A stretch of 64,000 bases of DNA from Waddliaceae bacterium (GTDB taxonomy: Bacteria > Chlamydiota > Chlamydiia > Chlamydiales > Waddliaceae): NCBI GenBank assembly GCA_963724325.1, contig CAVRUH010000007.1, positions 224,001-288,000 on the forward strand, in the 5' to 3' direction. The notes beneath the pieces were generated by a model that was given only the letters and a program-made list of their open reading frames with translations, had not been told where the DNA came from and searched no databases. The stretch's first letter is position 1; every line of letters begins with the position of its first letter. Below are positions 1 to 9,492 of this stretch, piece by piece. Position numbers and translations under genes: made by a program.

Positions 1-47
1 GAATAAGGGTCGATTCTAATGTTGATCTATTTCAACTTGCCGAGACC

Positions 48-3000
48 TTGAATAAGACGACCTTGATTCAAGCGGTGTATCGTGCTGAGGATAGAAGTTT
101 ATTAATTATTCCTAGTGAACAAATGGATATTAAAGTTGATATTTGGGTCTACACAGGCGAAATATCCGGCTATGCTTTTTGTACAGATAACCTTCGAATC
201 AACCTCAAGACTTACAGGATCGAAAGCGATAATCCTTGGGGTTGGTGGAGGGGTCAGGTTTTTCGTGTAATCGATTTGACGAAAAGCGGCAATCGACATC
301 TCTTCATGAGGCTTGTTGATAAGGAAGTGAACCGTTATACAACGACGAAAGGGACAGAGTTTTTCTTTTATGACCTATGGGATCCAAACGAATATAAACG
401 GGTTGAGGAGGTATCGGTACAACAGCTTTTCAAAAGATTGACTGTTCAACGCATATGCCTAGAGCATTGTAAAGACCAGTCTCAGTTGCTGTTTCTAATA
501 AATCAAACCTCCCAAGTAAATGGAAAAATAACGTCGAACCGCTTTCTAAGTACATTTTTTGATGCTTTAAATTCCAAAAATAAGGTGGCCCCTTATTTAC
601 ATGCGATTGTTAGATTGATAGCCGCAGTGGCTCTGCGTGAAAGATGGAAAAAGCTTCGTGTTAAATTGCTGAAGCATGAAGACGAATGGTATCTACGCAT
701 GCGCCTTGAGGGTCAAGATTTATTACTCAAATTTCAACCCTATATTGATTTATCTTTGTTATCCGGCTTGGATGAAAAGACTTGGGAGTATTTGAAAAAA
801 GTGATGCATTCTCTTTGGTTGGACGGGATTGAATTGCGTCCCGTCGACAAAAACTTCCGTTCAGAAATCAATAAATATATAGATAACGATCTTTATAAAA
901 AGTTAAAGCAGCTGTTTTTACATGGTGTTAAGAGTGTTTCAGTAGATAAATTTATATCATCTCAACAGAAAACCCTTGCTGAATTTTTGATTCAGAATTG
1001 TACTGAGCCTGCCGAACTCCTTTGGCAGGGTTTGGAAGTATTGACAAATTATGATCAACCCGAGATCAAACGGAAACTATGTTGGGAGGCTGTGGAGAAT
1101 TGTTTGCAATATCATGGATATAATCAGGCTGCCGAGCTAGTTAGGGGGCTGCGCATGGAAAATATAGAGCCGGAGTGCGGCTATGAATTATTCTTTAACA
1201 AGCTGCTAGACGGTAATTGTAATGAATCTGTTCTTCAAACATGTAATCCATATGGTTTTGAGCTTGCTTGGGGGGAACTTGCAAAGGCAGATTCGAGAAG
1301 TCGTAAGCAAAAATTGGTTGAATTGGTGGATGCATCAGAGGCGTCTGATGAGGAATATCTTAGGATTCGCGATTTGACAAAAGTTAAGTCAGTGAAGCTT
1401 TCCGAGGCACGGCTGACATCAATCATGGATTCGCAAGAGTTAGCAGTAGTTTGTCCATTGATTGATAGGCATGATAGAATTGAATACAAAAATTTGCAAT
1501 ATTGTGAAAAGTTAAGTGGTATCATTTTGGGGGCGATTGCTTCATTGGGATATTCTTCACTCACACCTACATGGATTGCAGCTTTTTTGAAATCGGGTAG
1601 GTTCATTGGAGAAAAAAAAGATGTTTGTTCGTTTCTGGTCAAGCAGGATATTGACACAGATGTAAAATCTGAGTTGCTGCGAATGTCTGGAATTCATGAT
1701 AAAGACCTTTGGAGACATATTGTAGGGGAATATTTACGAAATAAAGGCGAATGGCCGAATGATTTCACTATTGGTGGTATGCCGTCGGAAACATTAAGCG
1801 CCTGGTGCACGATTATTCAAAATGCGGAGAAAACCGATAAGATTATACCAATTATCTCAAAGTTAGATGATGAATATGGTCTTAAAAAAGTTGTTCTATT
1901 ACATCTTTTGAAGGGATGGGGGAAGAAGCAAATCCATCATTCTGTGTTAACTCTTCTTGATACAACAAAAGATAAGCTTCCCTGGGAAGAGATTGTCAAA
2001 GAGGCAAATAGTCCTCTCGACATTCTGACGAATCTAAAGGAAGCTAATAGAGGTGTGTTTAATGTTTTTCCGGCCCTAATGAGTGTTGTAAATCCTAAAA
2101 ATGCTGAATTTCTTTTTTCGTGGTGGATTACAAAAAAAATGGATCAACTTGAGCATGAGCAGGCTTTGAGATGCTGTGGAGATAAATGGATCAAAGAATG
2201 CCTTATGTTAAATCCTAAGAAGGCTCTCACATTTTTAAAGAAAATCGCTTGTCCTAAAACGATCACATTTGTGATAGAGGTAGCTGGTGCAAGGGATAAT
2301 ATTGATAAAGATTTATTTGAGTTACTTTTGAGGGCATCATTTGATGTAAATGATCACGGTAAAACAACAGATTATGTGCTTGATAACTCACCAGCAAAGA
2401 CCATTCAAAATGTTGAACTCGCTGCACAGGTAGTTATGTATGCCGATCAATTATTGCGAAATCCACAGGGTAACCTGCATGCTATCGGTAGATTATGGGC
2501 TCTTATTCCAAAAATCTTTATTCCAAAAGATATGCCTCCGCTTGCACCTTCTCATCGATTGCTGGCCTTATCTAAAGCAGGGTATATGCCGATTGTGATT
2601 ATGATGCTTCACGAAAGCAATTCTATGGAAAGAAAAAAAGTTGAGCCGAAACTCTATTGTGAAATCGTGCGCAAACTGCAAGACTCTGAACGGAAAATTG
2701 AGCTCCTCTCAGGTTGTCGGGTTTCATCACCAGCTCTTCAGGACATTTGGTATAATATTGCATTTGCTGGAGAGCCGCGCAGGCCCATTCGCTGTAAATT
2801 AAATTTGGTAACTATTGGCCATCAAGTTGGCATTGCTGCAGATGTCGTTCAATCTTTTGCAGTAGACGTGCTTCAAAACATCCATTTCAATACAGATATT
2901 GAATTGAGCCTTATTGATTCAGTTTATCAATTGCTCGATGTCATTAAGACCCCTGAAATATTTAAACTTTGGGAGGCCCTGGAAAAGACAGGCAAAATTT

Positions 3001-6000
3001 CGAAAGGAAAATTATGGAGTTCGGCTCTTTCCATTATCAAAAATAGTCAGAATGCTCCTCAATCTGCATTAGTTTACTGGTTAGCTGATAACATAAATCA
3101 TGGTAGTTCAGAAGAATTTTTTGTATTGATGCAAACTTTATTACCCAAATTACCTGAGGAATTGACTCACAAAATCGCTAATGGATTCCTTAAAGCTCTC
3201 GCTGTATCAGGGCATGCCCAAGCCAAAGAGCTCTTTTGGAAGTACACAAAAGGAACCTCTGTTACTATGGAGGAATTAGAGGCCCTTGACCCAAATTACG
3301 AGCAAACTAAATTGCTTTTGAATGCGATGATTGACCGCTGTAAACCCAATTCAGAAAATGTTAAAAGTATCTTGCTTGTTTGCCGCATATATGCTGCTTG
3401 CTTTACTGAACATCGATACTGGGCCGATGTTCAGAATATGACACGACAGTTGGTTATTCTGCTTATTAAAATTCTACCTTTTGCCCAAGATGAGAATATA
3501 ACTGTTATACTTGATTATGTAGCTTTTCTGTCAACACATGCCTCTTTTCACAAAATGCAAGATGCTGAGCAAATACTTCTCGATAATTTTGAATTTCTTT
3601 CCCATAATTGTCTGTCATTGATAACTACGGCAATTTATGCAGAAAAGTACATGTGGAATAAGCGTTGGGATTTTATTAAACTTCTTATTGATTCAGGTGT
3701 AGAAACAAAAATATTTTTGGCTGTGGTTTTAATTGAGCGAGAACCTGAAACGATTATTCGATTAGATGGAGCCATGTTTCAAAGGTTGTTTGGGATCACT
3801 CTTCTTAAAGAAAAATGTCTTAAAATTATCGATAAGGCTTTAAATCCAAAGCAACAATATATATTTCAACTTATCGTATTTAGGGAAGAACTCAAAATGC
3901 AAAAAGAAAACTCTTTGCCATTTCTTTTAATCTATATACAAAAACTTATTTTTCTGGTGAAGGATGATTCAGTTTTACCTCTTAAACCTTTTCTTCCGCC
4001 TTTGCTGCATTGCATATTTCAGGCCAAAGACGGGAGGGACCTCTTAATATTCGACAAGCTTAAGCAAGGAATTATTGGGAGACAGAATTCTATTGAAACT
4101 TCATTGTTAATGCTAGTAGAAGCCAAGAAGACAGATAATGAAAATATCCGTATTGAAATTTTTGAATATGTTTGTACGACGCTAGAAAGAGAGCGTATTA
4201 CCAAGCCTGAAGACTATAACCTTCTAATTGATATTTACAAAGTCTTAGAGCTGGCATCGATTCTAGTGCATACACATGACTCATTATGTAAATTTATTAA
4301 ACGCCTAAGTAAGGCTAGGAGGAAAATTGAAACATCCCCTTACAATGAAATAGAGATCCAGCGGTTGTTTGTTGCGACTCTTATGCTGAATAGCGAATTT
4401 CATAGATTCTGTCCTTCTATGAAACTTCAGGTACGATTCATTGTGGATATTATTATGGAGTTGAAGAATTATAAAACCCAGTCCACCGTAGATTTCTTGC
4501 AGCATATTATGTTTATTACTGCTGATCATGTGCTCTATCAATTTCCAGATGCATTTTCACTTTGCAATGAGATATTTCTAGAAGCATATTTAAGCTATTA
4601 TAGCACTGATCTGCTAAAACCACGCCTTAGATATCTCTTTAAGCATCTCGTTATTCAGATTCCCAAAGATAGGGCAGCACGCGAAATTAGCATTTGTAGA
4701 TTTAAAGTTGTTTTATCAACAATAACGCGTATCCTTCAGTTGCATCCTCAAATCCTTCCAGACTTAATTGAATATATTCATCAGGATATCGTCACACTGT
4801 ACAAAGAACATGAAGTGGATCCCTGGGATAGGCTCATTGCCATCTTATTTAAGGAATGTTCAGAGCAGGGGAAGGACGACTCGTATAAATCTCTTGCCTA
4901 TCTCCTTCAAACGCGTCCCTCAGGCGTGGTCCGAGTTGAAAGATTTCCGTTGGATTGCCAAGAAATAGTCCGAAACATACCTTTAATAGTTAATTGTGAA
5001 GAAAGAGTACATCATCTTTCTCGAAAAAAAAATGTTGATGTATTTGAGGAACTGAATTCCATATGGGATGAATTCCTCGATACCTTACCTGAAATGGTGA
5101 CTTCATATTTAATGAAAAGATCAATCAGATTTATACGTGAATTATTGAAAATTGTTTCAGAGCAAATTACCTCTAATTCAAAATCTGCTATAGAATTTCT
5201 TTTTAGGATCAGTAGCTCAGTCCAAACACAAAGGACTGATTATGCCTTTGGAGTAATGATGTCCCTAGCAGAAATATATAGGCCTGAAATCACTGGCGTT
5301 CTTTCTTGGCATGGCAAATTAAACCTTGAAGAGGCCAATTTTGTCATAGCGGAATCACAATGCCAGCTAATGAAATATGTGCCCTGGCCACAATATAAAT
5401 TTCCTGTACCATTATTTAAAGTGTTCATCGATTTTTACTTCAAACAATTTCTTCAAGAAAAACATCATGCTCCTGCATATATTGCAGACAGTGTTCGTGT
5501 CAAATTTACCTATGTTTATATAGGTGCTCTAAATGGCATGCTCATGAATTATAAAGAGCAAAAAGATAAACCGAAGTTTATGAGTAATTTGGGTAAGCTT
5601 GAACAAGTGCGTGGTCTTATAAGCAAAATAAAAATAAAAGTCGTTAATCATTTTGATTTACTTTTGCTTTTAACTTGTAATCATATAGAGTTTTTAAAAG
5701 ACAAGGAATTGGCAGAATTTATTTTAGATTTAATCTATCATAATTTTTCGAATTTTCATCCAACGATAAGCTCTGATATTATTTGTCAAAATCTTGCAAA
5801 ATTCGCAGTCCTTGCCTTTATGTACGGTCCCGATAAAGATACAGATAAGATTCCTAATAAATTTCAAAGAGCTGCATTTTTTAAGTCGGACCAAATTTCT
5901 CAAAAGTCCATACCCTTAGGAAAAGCTCCTGATATTAGCGCCGAATGTATGATCGCAGGAGCTTCTCTGCGGGTGATCACAAATGGTAAATTTGATGATG

Positions 6001-6149
6001 ATACGAGTCTTGAAATCAGGAGAGCAAGTTGTCAGAAAATTGAATGGATACTCCAAGATCTAAAAATTGACGAAATGCAAACAAGCGACTGGTATCGATG
6101 TTGGAAAGCTAAATTCAACACCATCAAAGATGCCCTTAAGGGCACCTGA
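48..6149 (+). CDS. Very large hypothetical protein (2033 aa), Leu/Ile-rich and probably alpha-helical; possible secreted effector
   Basis: Uninterrupted 6.1-kb ORF with TTG start; no motif recognised. Confidence 0.7.
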   Translation: MNKTTLIQAVYRAEDRSLLIIPSEQMDIKVDIWVYTGEISGYAFCTDNLRINLKTYRIESDNPWGWWRGQVFRVIDLTKSGNRHLFMRLVDKEVNRYTTTKGTEFFFYDLWDPNEYKRVEEVSVQQLFKRLTVQRICLEHCKDQSQLLFLINQTSQVNGKITSNRFLSTFFDALNSKNKVAPYLHAIVRLIAAVALRERWKKLRVKLLKHEDEWYLRMRLEGQDLLLKFQPYIDLSLLSGLDEKTWEYLKKVMHSLWLDGIELRPVDKNFRSEINKYIDNDLYKKLKQLFLHGVKSVSVDKFISSQQKTLAEFLIQNCTEPAELLWQGLEVLTNYDQPEIKRKLCWEAVENCLQYHGYNQAAELVRGLRMENIEPECGYELFFNKLLDGNCNESVLQTCNPYGFELAWGELAKADSRSRKQKLVELVDASEASDEEYLRIRDLTKVKSVKLSEARLTSIMDSQELAVVCPLIDRHDRIEYKNLQYCEKLSGIILGAIASLGYSSLTPTWIAAFLKSGRFIGEKKDVCSFLVKQDIDTDVKSELLRMSGIHDKDLWRHIVGEYLRNKGEWPNDFTIGGMPSETLSAWCTIIQNAEKTDKIIPIISKLDDEYGLKKVVLLHLLKGWGKKQIHHSVLTLLDTTKDKLPWEEIVKEANSPLDILTNLKEANRGVFNVFPALMSVVNPKNAEFLFSWWITKKMDQLEHEQALRCCGDKWIKECLMLNPKKALTFLKKIACPKTITFVIEVAGARDNIDKDLFELLLRASFDVNDHGKTTDYVLDNSPAKTIQNVELAAQVVMYADQLLRNPQGNLHAIGRLWALIPKIFIPKDMPPLAPSHRLLALSKAGYMPIVIMMLHESNSMERKKVEPKLYCEIVRKLQDSERKIELLSGCRVSSPALQDIWYNIAFAGEPRRPIRCKLNLVTIGHQVGIAADVVQSFAVDVLQNIHFNTDIELSLIDSVYQLLDVIKTPEIFKLWEALEKTGKISKGKLWSSALSIIKNSQNAPQSALVYWLADNINHGSSEEFFVLMQTLLPKLPEELTHKIANGFLKALAVSGHAQAKELFWKYTKGTSVTMEELEALDPNYEQTKLLLNAMIDRCKPNSENVKSILLVCRIYAACFTEHRYWADVQNMTRQLVILLIKILPFAQDENITVILDYVAFLSTHASFHKMQDAEQILLDNFEFLSHNCLSLITTAIYAEKYMWNKRWDFIKLLIDSGVETKIFLAVVLIEREPETIIRLDGAMFQRLFGITLLKEKCLKIIDKALNPKQQYIFQLIVFREELKMQKENSLPFLLIYIQKLIFLVKDDSVLPLKPFLPPLLHCIFQAKDGRDLLIFDKLKQGIIGRQNSIETSLLMLVEAKKTDNENIRIEIFEYVCTTLERERITKPEDYNLLIDIYKVLELASILVHTHDSLCKFIKRLSKARRKIETSPYNEIEIQRLFVATLMLNSEFHRFCPSMKLQVRFIVDIIMELKNYKTQSTVDFLQHIMFITADHVLYQFPDAFSLCNEIFLEAYLSYYSTDLLKPRLRYLFKHLVIQIPKDRAAREISICRFKVVLSTITRILQLHPQILPDLIEYIHQDIVTLYKEHEVDPWDRLIAILFKECSEQGKDDSYKSLAYLLQTRPSGVVRVERFPLDCQEIVRNIPLIVNCEERVHHLSRKKNVDVFEELNSIWDEFLDTLPEMVTSYLMKRSIRFIRELLKIVSEQITSNSKSAIEFLFRISSSVQTQRTDYAFGVMMSLAEIYRPEITGVLSWHGKLNLEEANFVIAESQCQLMKYVPWPQYKFPVPLFKVFIDFYFKQFLQEKHHAPAYIADSVRVKFTYVYIGALNGMLMNYKEQKDKPKFMSNLGKLEQVRGLISKIKIKVVNHFDLLLLLTCNHIEFLKDKELAEFILDLIYHNFSNFHPTISSDIICQNLAKFAVLAFMYGPDKDTDKIPNKFQRAAFFKSDQISQKSIPLGKAPDISAECMIAGASLRVITNGKFDDDTSLEIRRASCQKIEWILQDLKIDEMQTSDWYRCWKAKFNTIKDALKGT

Positions 6150-6160
6150 CAGCTTATTTT

Positions 6161-6244
6161 CTTCCTATTTTCTTCCTATCCTTCATATCCTGCCGCTTGC
6201 GATCATGCGTATCCTGTTATTCCCTTCTTATCCTTCGTATCCTG
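6161..6244. repeat. REP-like family A copies: intact unit 6179-6218, plus the left half (6231-6244) of the unit interrupted by LSR element copy 1
   Basis: tccttcatatcctgccgcttgcgatcatgcgtatcctgtt; inverted partner at 8104-8158. Confidence 0.85.
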
Positions 6245-7832
6245 CCCCATCACTACTCAATTGGCAATTTTCATAAAGCATTTTCGGTGATATGCAATGC
6301 ATGATTTTTACCTCGCCTTTGGTTATGATAATTTTTTCAACTATTAAACGCACTAGTTTTTGCTTCTCATTGAATGGCAAATCTGGAGCCGATTTTTTAA
6401 CTCTTTCTAAAATACTTTCAAAAGCATGCTCCCAACCGGATCCTATTTCTTTCATAAGTTTTAAATTTAATCGTTCCTTTTTCTCGTTCTCAAGTTCGCC
6501 TCTTCTTTTTTCTAACCCCTGGGCTCTTTGACTTAGAGAAGTTAAATCTAATAAACCACTTTGATATGCATCTAAAAGTCGCTCTCGTTCTTTTATAAGC
6601 TTTTCTAATTCTTTTCTCATCGAAATTTCCTGCCTCTCGATTTCCTCGATATTTCCGCTTTCCTTTTCTCTTCTTTTAAACTCTTCCTGCAACATAAATG
6701 GATTTTGAAGCATTTGAATTATTTCATTATAGACCAAATCATCGAGCTCATCCTGCTGTATATATCCATTAGAACATTTTGGTATTTTATTATCCGAATG
6801 GCTTCGACAATGATAATAATTTTTACTTATTCCCTTATATCTTCTCATTCTTTTATAAAATTGACAACCACATTCGCCGCACGTGATTAATCCTTGAAGC
6901 AAGGAAGGTTCTTTGGTATTTCTTAAGGCTAATTCTTTATTTTTATTTATATATTCCTGTGCTGTTTCAAAATCACTTTCACTAATTATAATTGGAATAT
7001 TTATCTCGTACCAAGAGTCTTCATTAGTTTTTTTTCGTGGATTTTTTGGCTTCAGCCGTCTTAAGCCTTTATAATGCCTTATTTTATCTATACCCTCATA
7101 CTTTTCTGATTTACCATAGGCTGCAGTGCCTATATAAGCCTTATTTTTTAATATCCCTAAGATGGTTGCTGGAAACCAATAGGAATTTCCTTTTGGGCTT
7201 TTAATTTGGACCTCGCTCAACCTTCGACAAATTCCATTTAATGAAAGCCTCTCATGAACATATAAATAAAATATTTTTCTTACAACATTCGCGTCTGTTT
7301 CAACGATTTCAATCACCGTTTGACGTTCATTTTTTATCCTCTGATAGCCATATGGTAGCTTAGGAAGAATAGCTGGATCTCCGCTTTTTGCTTTATGAAT
7401 AGTACCTCGACGAGATCGATCTAATATTAATGCTCTTTCATATTCAGCAAAAATCCCCTGAAAATGAGTAAACATTATTGCTTCAGGAGTGTCACCTTGA
7501 GGAACATTTCTAATGAAAAGAACCTTCACTCCACATCGTCGAAATTCATCTAACAAAATAAGTTGATGAGGATAATTTCTGGCTAACCTATCTGGTGCAT
7601 AGATCAAAATCGCGTCGACAGACTCTGTTCGTATCAAATCTCGTAAATCATCTAAAGCAGGTCTTTGAAGACTTTGACCACTTATACCGTTATCAAGAAA
7701 AAGCCACGTTTCTGGAATTTGATATCCTTCTTTGAGTCCAAATTCTCGAAGAACCAATTCTTGACTTTCGATCGTTTCATCTTCTTTTTGCTTCTGTGAG
7801 GAGACTCTGGCATATATTGCGGCTTTCTTCAT
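6228..7832 (-). CDS. Large serine recombinase (catalytic domain, recombinase domain, zinc ribbon, coiled coil); last 4 residues and the stop come from flanking DNA
   Basis: AAIYARVSS catalytic Ser motif, DRLARN, CGECG...YYHC...C zinc ribbon, coiled coil; AGGAG RBS before the ATG. Confidence 0.95.
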   Translation of the reverse strand: MKKAAIYARVSSQKQKEDETIESQELVLREFGLKEGYQIPETWLFLDNGISGQSLQRPALDDLRDLIRTESVDAILIYAPDRLARNYPHQLILLDEFRRCGVKVLFIRNVPQGDTPEAIMFTHFQGIFAEYERALILDRSRRGTIHKAKSGDPAILPKLPYGYQRIKNERQTVIEIVETDANVVRKIFYLYVHERLSLNGICRRLSEVQIKSPKGNSYWFPATILGILKNKAYIGTAAYGKSEKYEGIDKIRHYKGLRRLKPKNPRKKTNEDSWYEINIPIIISESDFETAQEYINKNKELALRNTKEPSLLQGLITCGECGCQFYKRMRRYKGISKNYYHCRSHSDNKIPKCSNGYIQQDELDDLVYNEIIQMLQNPFMLQEEFKRREKESGNIEEIERQEISMRKELEKLIKERERLLDAYQSGLLDLTSLSQRAQGLEKRRGELENEKKERLNLKLMKEIGSGWEHAFESILERVKKSAPDLPFNEKQKLVRLIVEKIIITKGEVKIMHCISPKMLYENCQLSSDGAGYEG

Positions 7833-7974
7833 GATGGAGCTCCTGATTGATGGATGACCGAATTGATATTGTGCTGTTGAGCAATATCGCTAAGCCCTTG
7901 ATTAATTTTGCTCTTTGATTCCTCTGAGGGTGATATTCGAGTACAATTTTTTGGACTTTGATGCATTTTGACAA
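7777..7974 (-). CDS. Possible small basic protein (about 65 aa, TTG start) overlapping the LSR start; candidate directionality or accessory factor
   Basis: Open frame LSKCIKVQKIVLEYHPQRNQRAKLIKGLAILL... downstream of a candidate promoter; weak RBS; same frame in copy 2 (34890-35087). Confidence 0.35.
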   Translation of the reverse strand: MSKCIKVQKIVLEYHPQRNQRAKLIKGLAILLNSTISIRSSINQELHHEESRNICQSLLTEAKRR

Positions 7975-8009
7975 TGTTCTGAGCCTTGTTTCGAGAAGAA
8001 TATTTACCG

Positions 8010-8037
8010 ATTGTACTTCTATCAAACATTTTCTCAA
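8010..8037 (-). promoter_or_regulatory. Candidate sigma70-type promoter inside the LSR element
   Basis: Minus strand TTGAGA-16 bp-TACAAT. Confidence 0.4.
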
Positions 8038-8068
8038 AACAAATTTTGCCAATTGAGTATTGATGGGG

Positions 8069-8158
8069 TGCCGCTTGCGATCATGCATATCCTGTTATTC
8101 CCTAGGGAAACAGGATACGCATGATCGCAAGCGGCAGGATATGGAGGATAGGAAGAAA
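8069..8158. repeat. REP-like family A: right half of the interrupted unit plus an intact inverted unit (8109-8148)
   Basis: tgccgcttgcgatcatgcatatcctgtt followed by aacaggatacgcatgatcgcaagcggcaggatatggagga. Confidence 0.85.
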
Positions 8159-8187
8159 GGAGATAGTGATATGTTTAAACTGCTTTT

Positions 8188-9369
8188 TTATATATTTTGA
8201 CCGGCGACTGATGCAAAGGCAACAATGGCATGATCTAGGTCTTCGCGGGAATGAGCCGCAGAAATCTGCGTGCGGATTCTTGCTTTGCCCATGGGAACCA
8301 CAGGATAGCTAAAACTAACCACATATACACCCTCAGCTAACATTTTAGTAGCAAACTCCTTCGCGACCTTGGCATCTCCAAGCATGACCGGAATAATAGG
8401 ATGTTCTCCAGGTACTAGATCGAATCCCAATGCAGTCATTTTTTCTCGGAAATAACTGCTGTTTTCCCGAAGCTTGGTACGCAAGTCGTTAGAAGCATCA
8501 AGCATGTCCAAAACCTTGATGGAGGCACTTGCAATTCCTGGGCAAAGAGTATTAGAAAATAGATAAGGGCGTGAACGCTGACGAAGCCATTCAATGATTT
8601 CCTTTCTCCCAGAAGTGTAACCTCCCGAAGCCCCTCCTAGGGCCTTCCCGAGCGTACCAGTAATGATATCAACGCGGTCAGCAACACCGCAAAATTCGGG
8701 CGTGCCCCGCCCTCTTTTACCGACGAATCCTACCGCATGCGAGTCATCTACCATGACCATGGCGTCATATTTGTCAGCTAGATCGCAAATTGCTTTGAGG
8801 TTAGCTATGATTCCATCCATAGAAAAAACGCCATCTGTAGCGATGAGTCTATAACGGGCATTTTTTGCCTCTTGTAGTTGTTTTTCAAGGTCGGCCATGT
8901 CATTATTTTTGTAGCGGAAGCGGTTAGCTTTGCAGAGTCGTATGCCGTCGATGATGCTGGCGTGGTTGAGTTCGTCACTAATGATGGCATCTTCAGCACC
9001 CAGGAGTGTTTCGAATAGTCCGCCATTCGCATCGAAGCAGGAGGAGTAGAGGATGGTGTCTTCGGTACCTAGGAATTCGGAGATTTTTCGTTCAAGCTGA
9101 TGGTGGATAGTCTGTGTTCCGCAGATAAACCTGACGGAAGAGAGGCCGAAGCCGAATTTTTTGAATCCTTCTTTTGCAGCTTCAATGACTTCGGAGTTGT
9201 TGGCGAGTCCTAGATAATTGTTAGAGCATAGATTAAGGACTTTTTTGCCATTGGTAATGGTGATATTTGCCTGTTGGGGGGAGGTAATTTCTCTTTCCTC
9301 TTTGTAGAGGCCATTGTTTTTGAGCTCATCAATTTGCGCCCTAAGGTATTCACTAAATGGTGTTTTCAT
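8188..9369 (-). CDS. kbl: 2-amino-3-ketobutyrate CoA ligase (glycine C-acetyltransferase)
   Basis: [43 protein letters not shown]-Lys motif; start placed at MKTPF. Confidence 0.95.
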   Translation of the reverse strand: MKTPFSEYLRAQIDELKNNGLYKEEREITSPQQANITITNGKKVLNLCSNNYLGLANNSEVIEAAKEGFKKFGFGLSSVRFICGTQTIHHQLERKISEFLGTEDTILYSSCFDANGGLFETLLGAEDAIISDELNHASIIDGIRLCKANRFRYKNNDMADLEKQLQEAKNARYRLIATDGVFSMDGIIANLKAICDLADKYDAMVMVDDSHAVGFVGKRGRGTPEFCGVADRVDIITGTLGKALGGASGGYTSGRKEIIEWLRQRSRPYLFSNTLCPGIASASIKVLDMLDASNDLRTKLRENSSYFREKMTALGFDLVPGEHPIIPVMLGDAKVAKEFATKMLAEGVYVVSFSYPVVPMGKARIRTQISAAHSREDLDHAIVAFASVAGQNI

Positions 9370-9492
9370 ATGCGAAATTATAAGGGATAACACTTTTTTC
9401 CGCCAAGGTTTTTATGAAAATTATATTAAAAAATGCTTGCTCTAATTTCTTCTCCTTGGTACCTTTATTTACCTAAATAGAGGAGTTATTTT

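Larger units (their letters stand above)
6245..8068 (-). mobile_element. 1824-bp IS-like large serine recombinase element, copy 1
   Basis: 23-bp terminal IRs ccccatcactactcaattggcaa (6245-6267) and ttgccaattgagtattgatgggg (8046-8068), 1 mismatch; TG at both flanks (6243-6244, 8069-8070); same-length copy at 33358-35181. Confidence 0.92.

Noticed and set aside
6243..8072. DDE-type insertion sequence with a 4-bp TGCC target duplication
   Set aside because: The extra CC belongs to the terminal inverted repeat, the joined ends are symmetric about TG, and the only enzyme is a serine recombinase.
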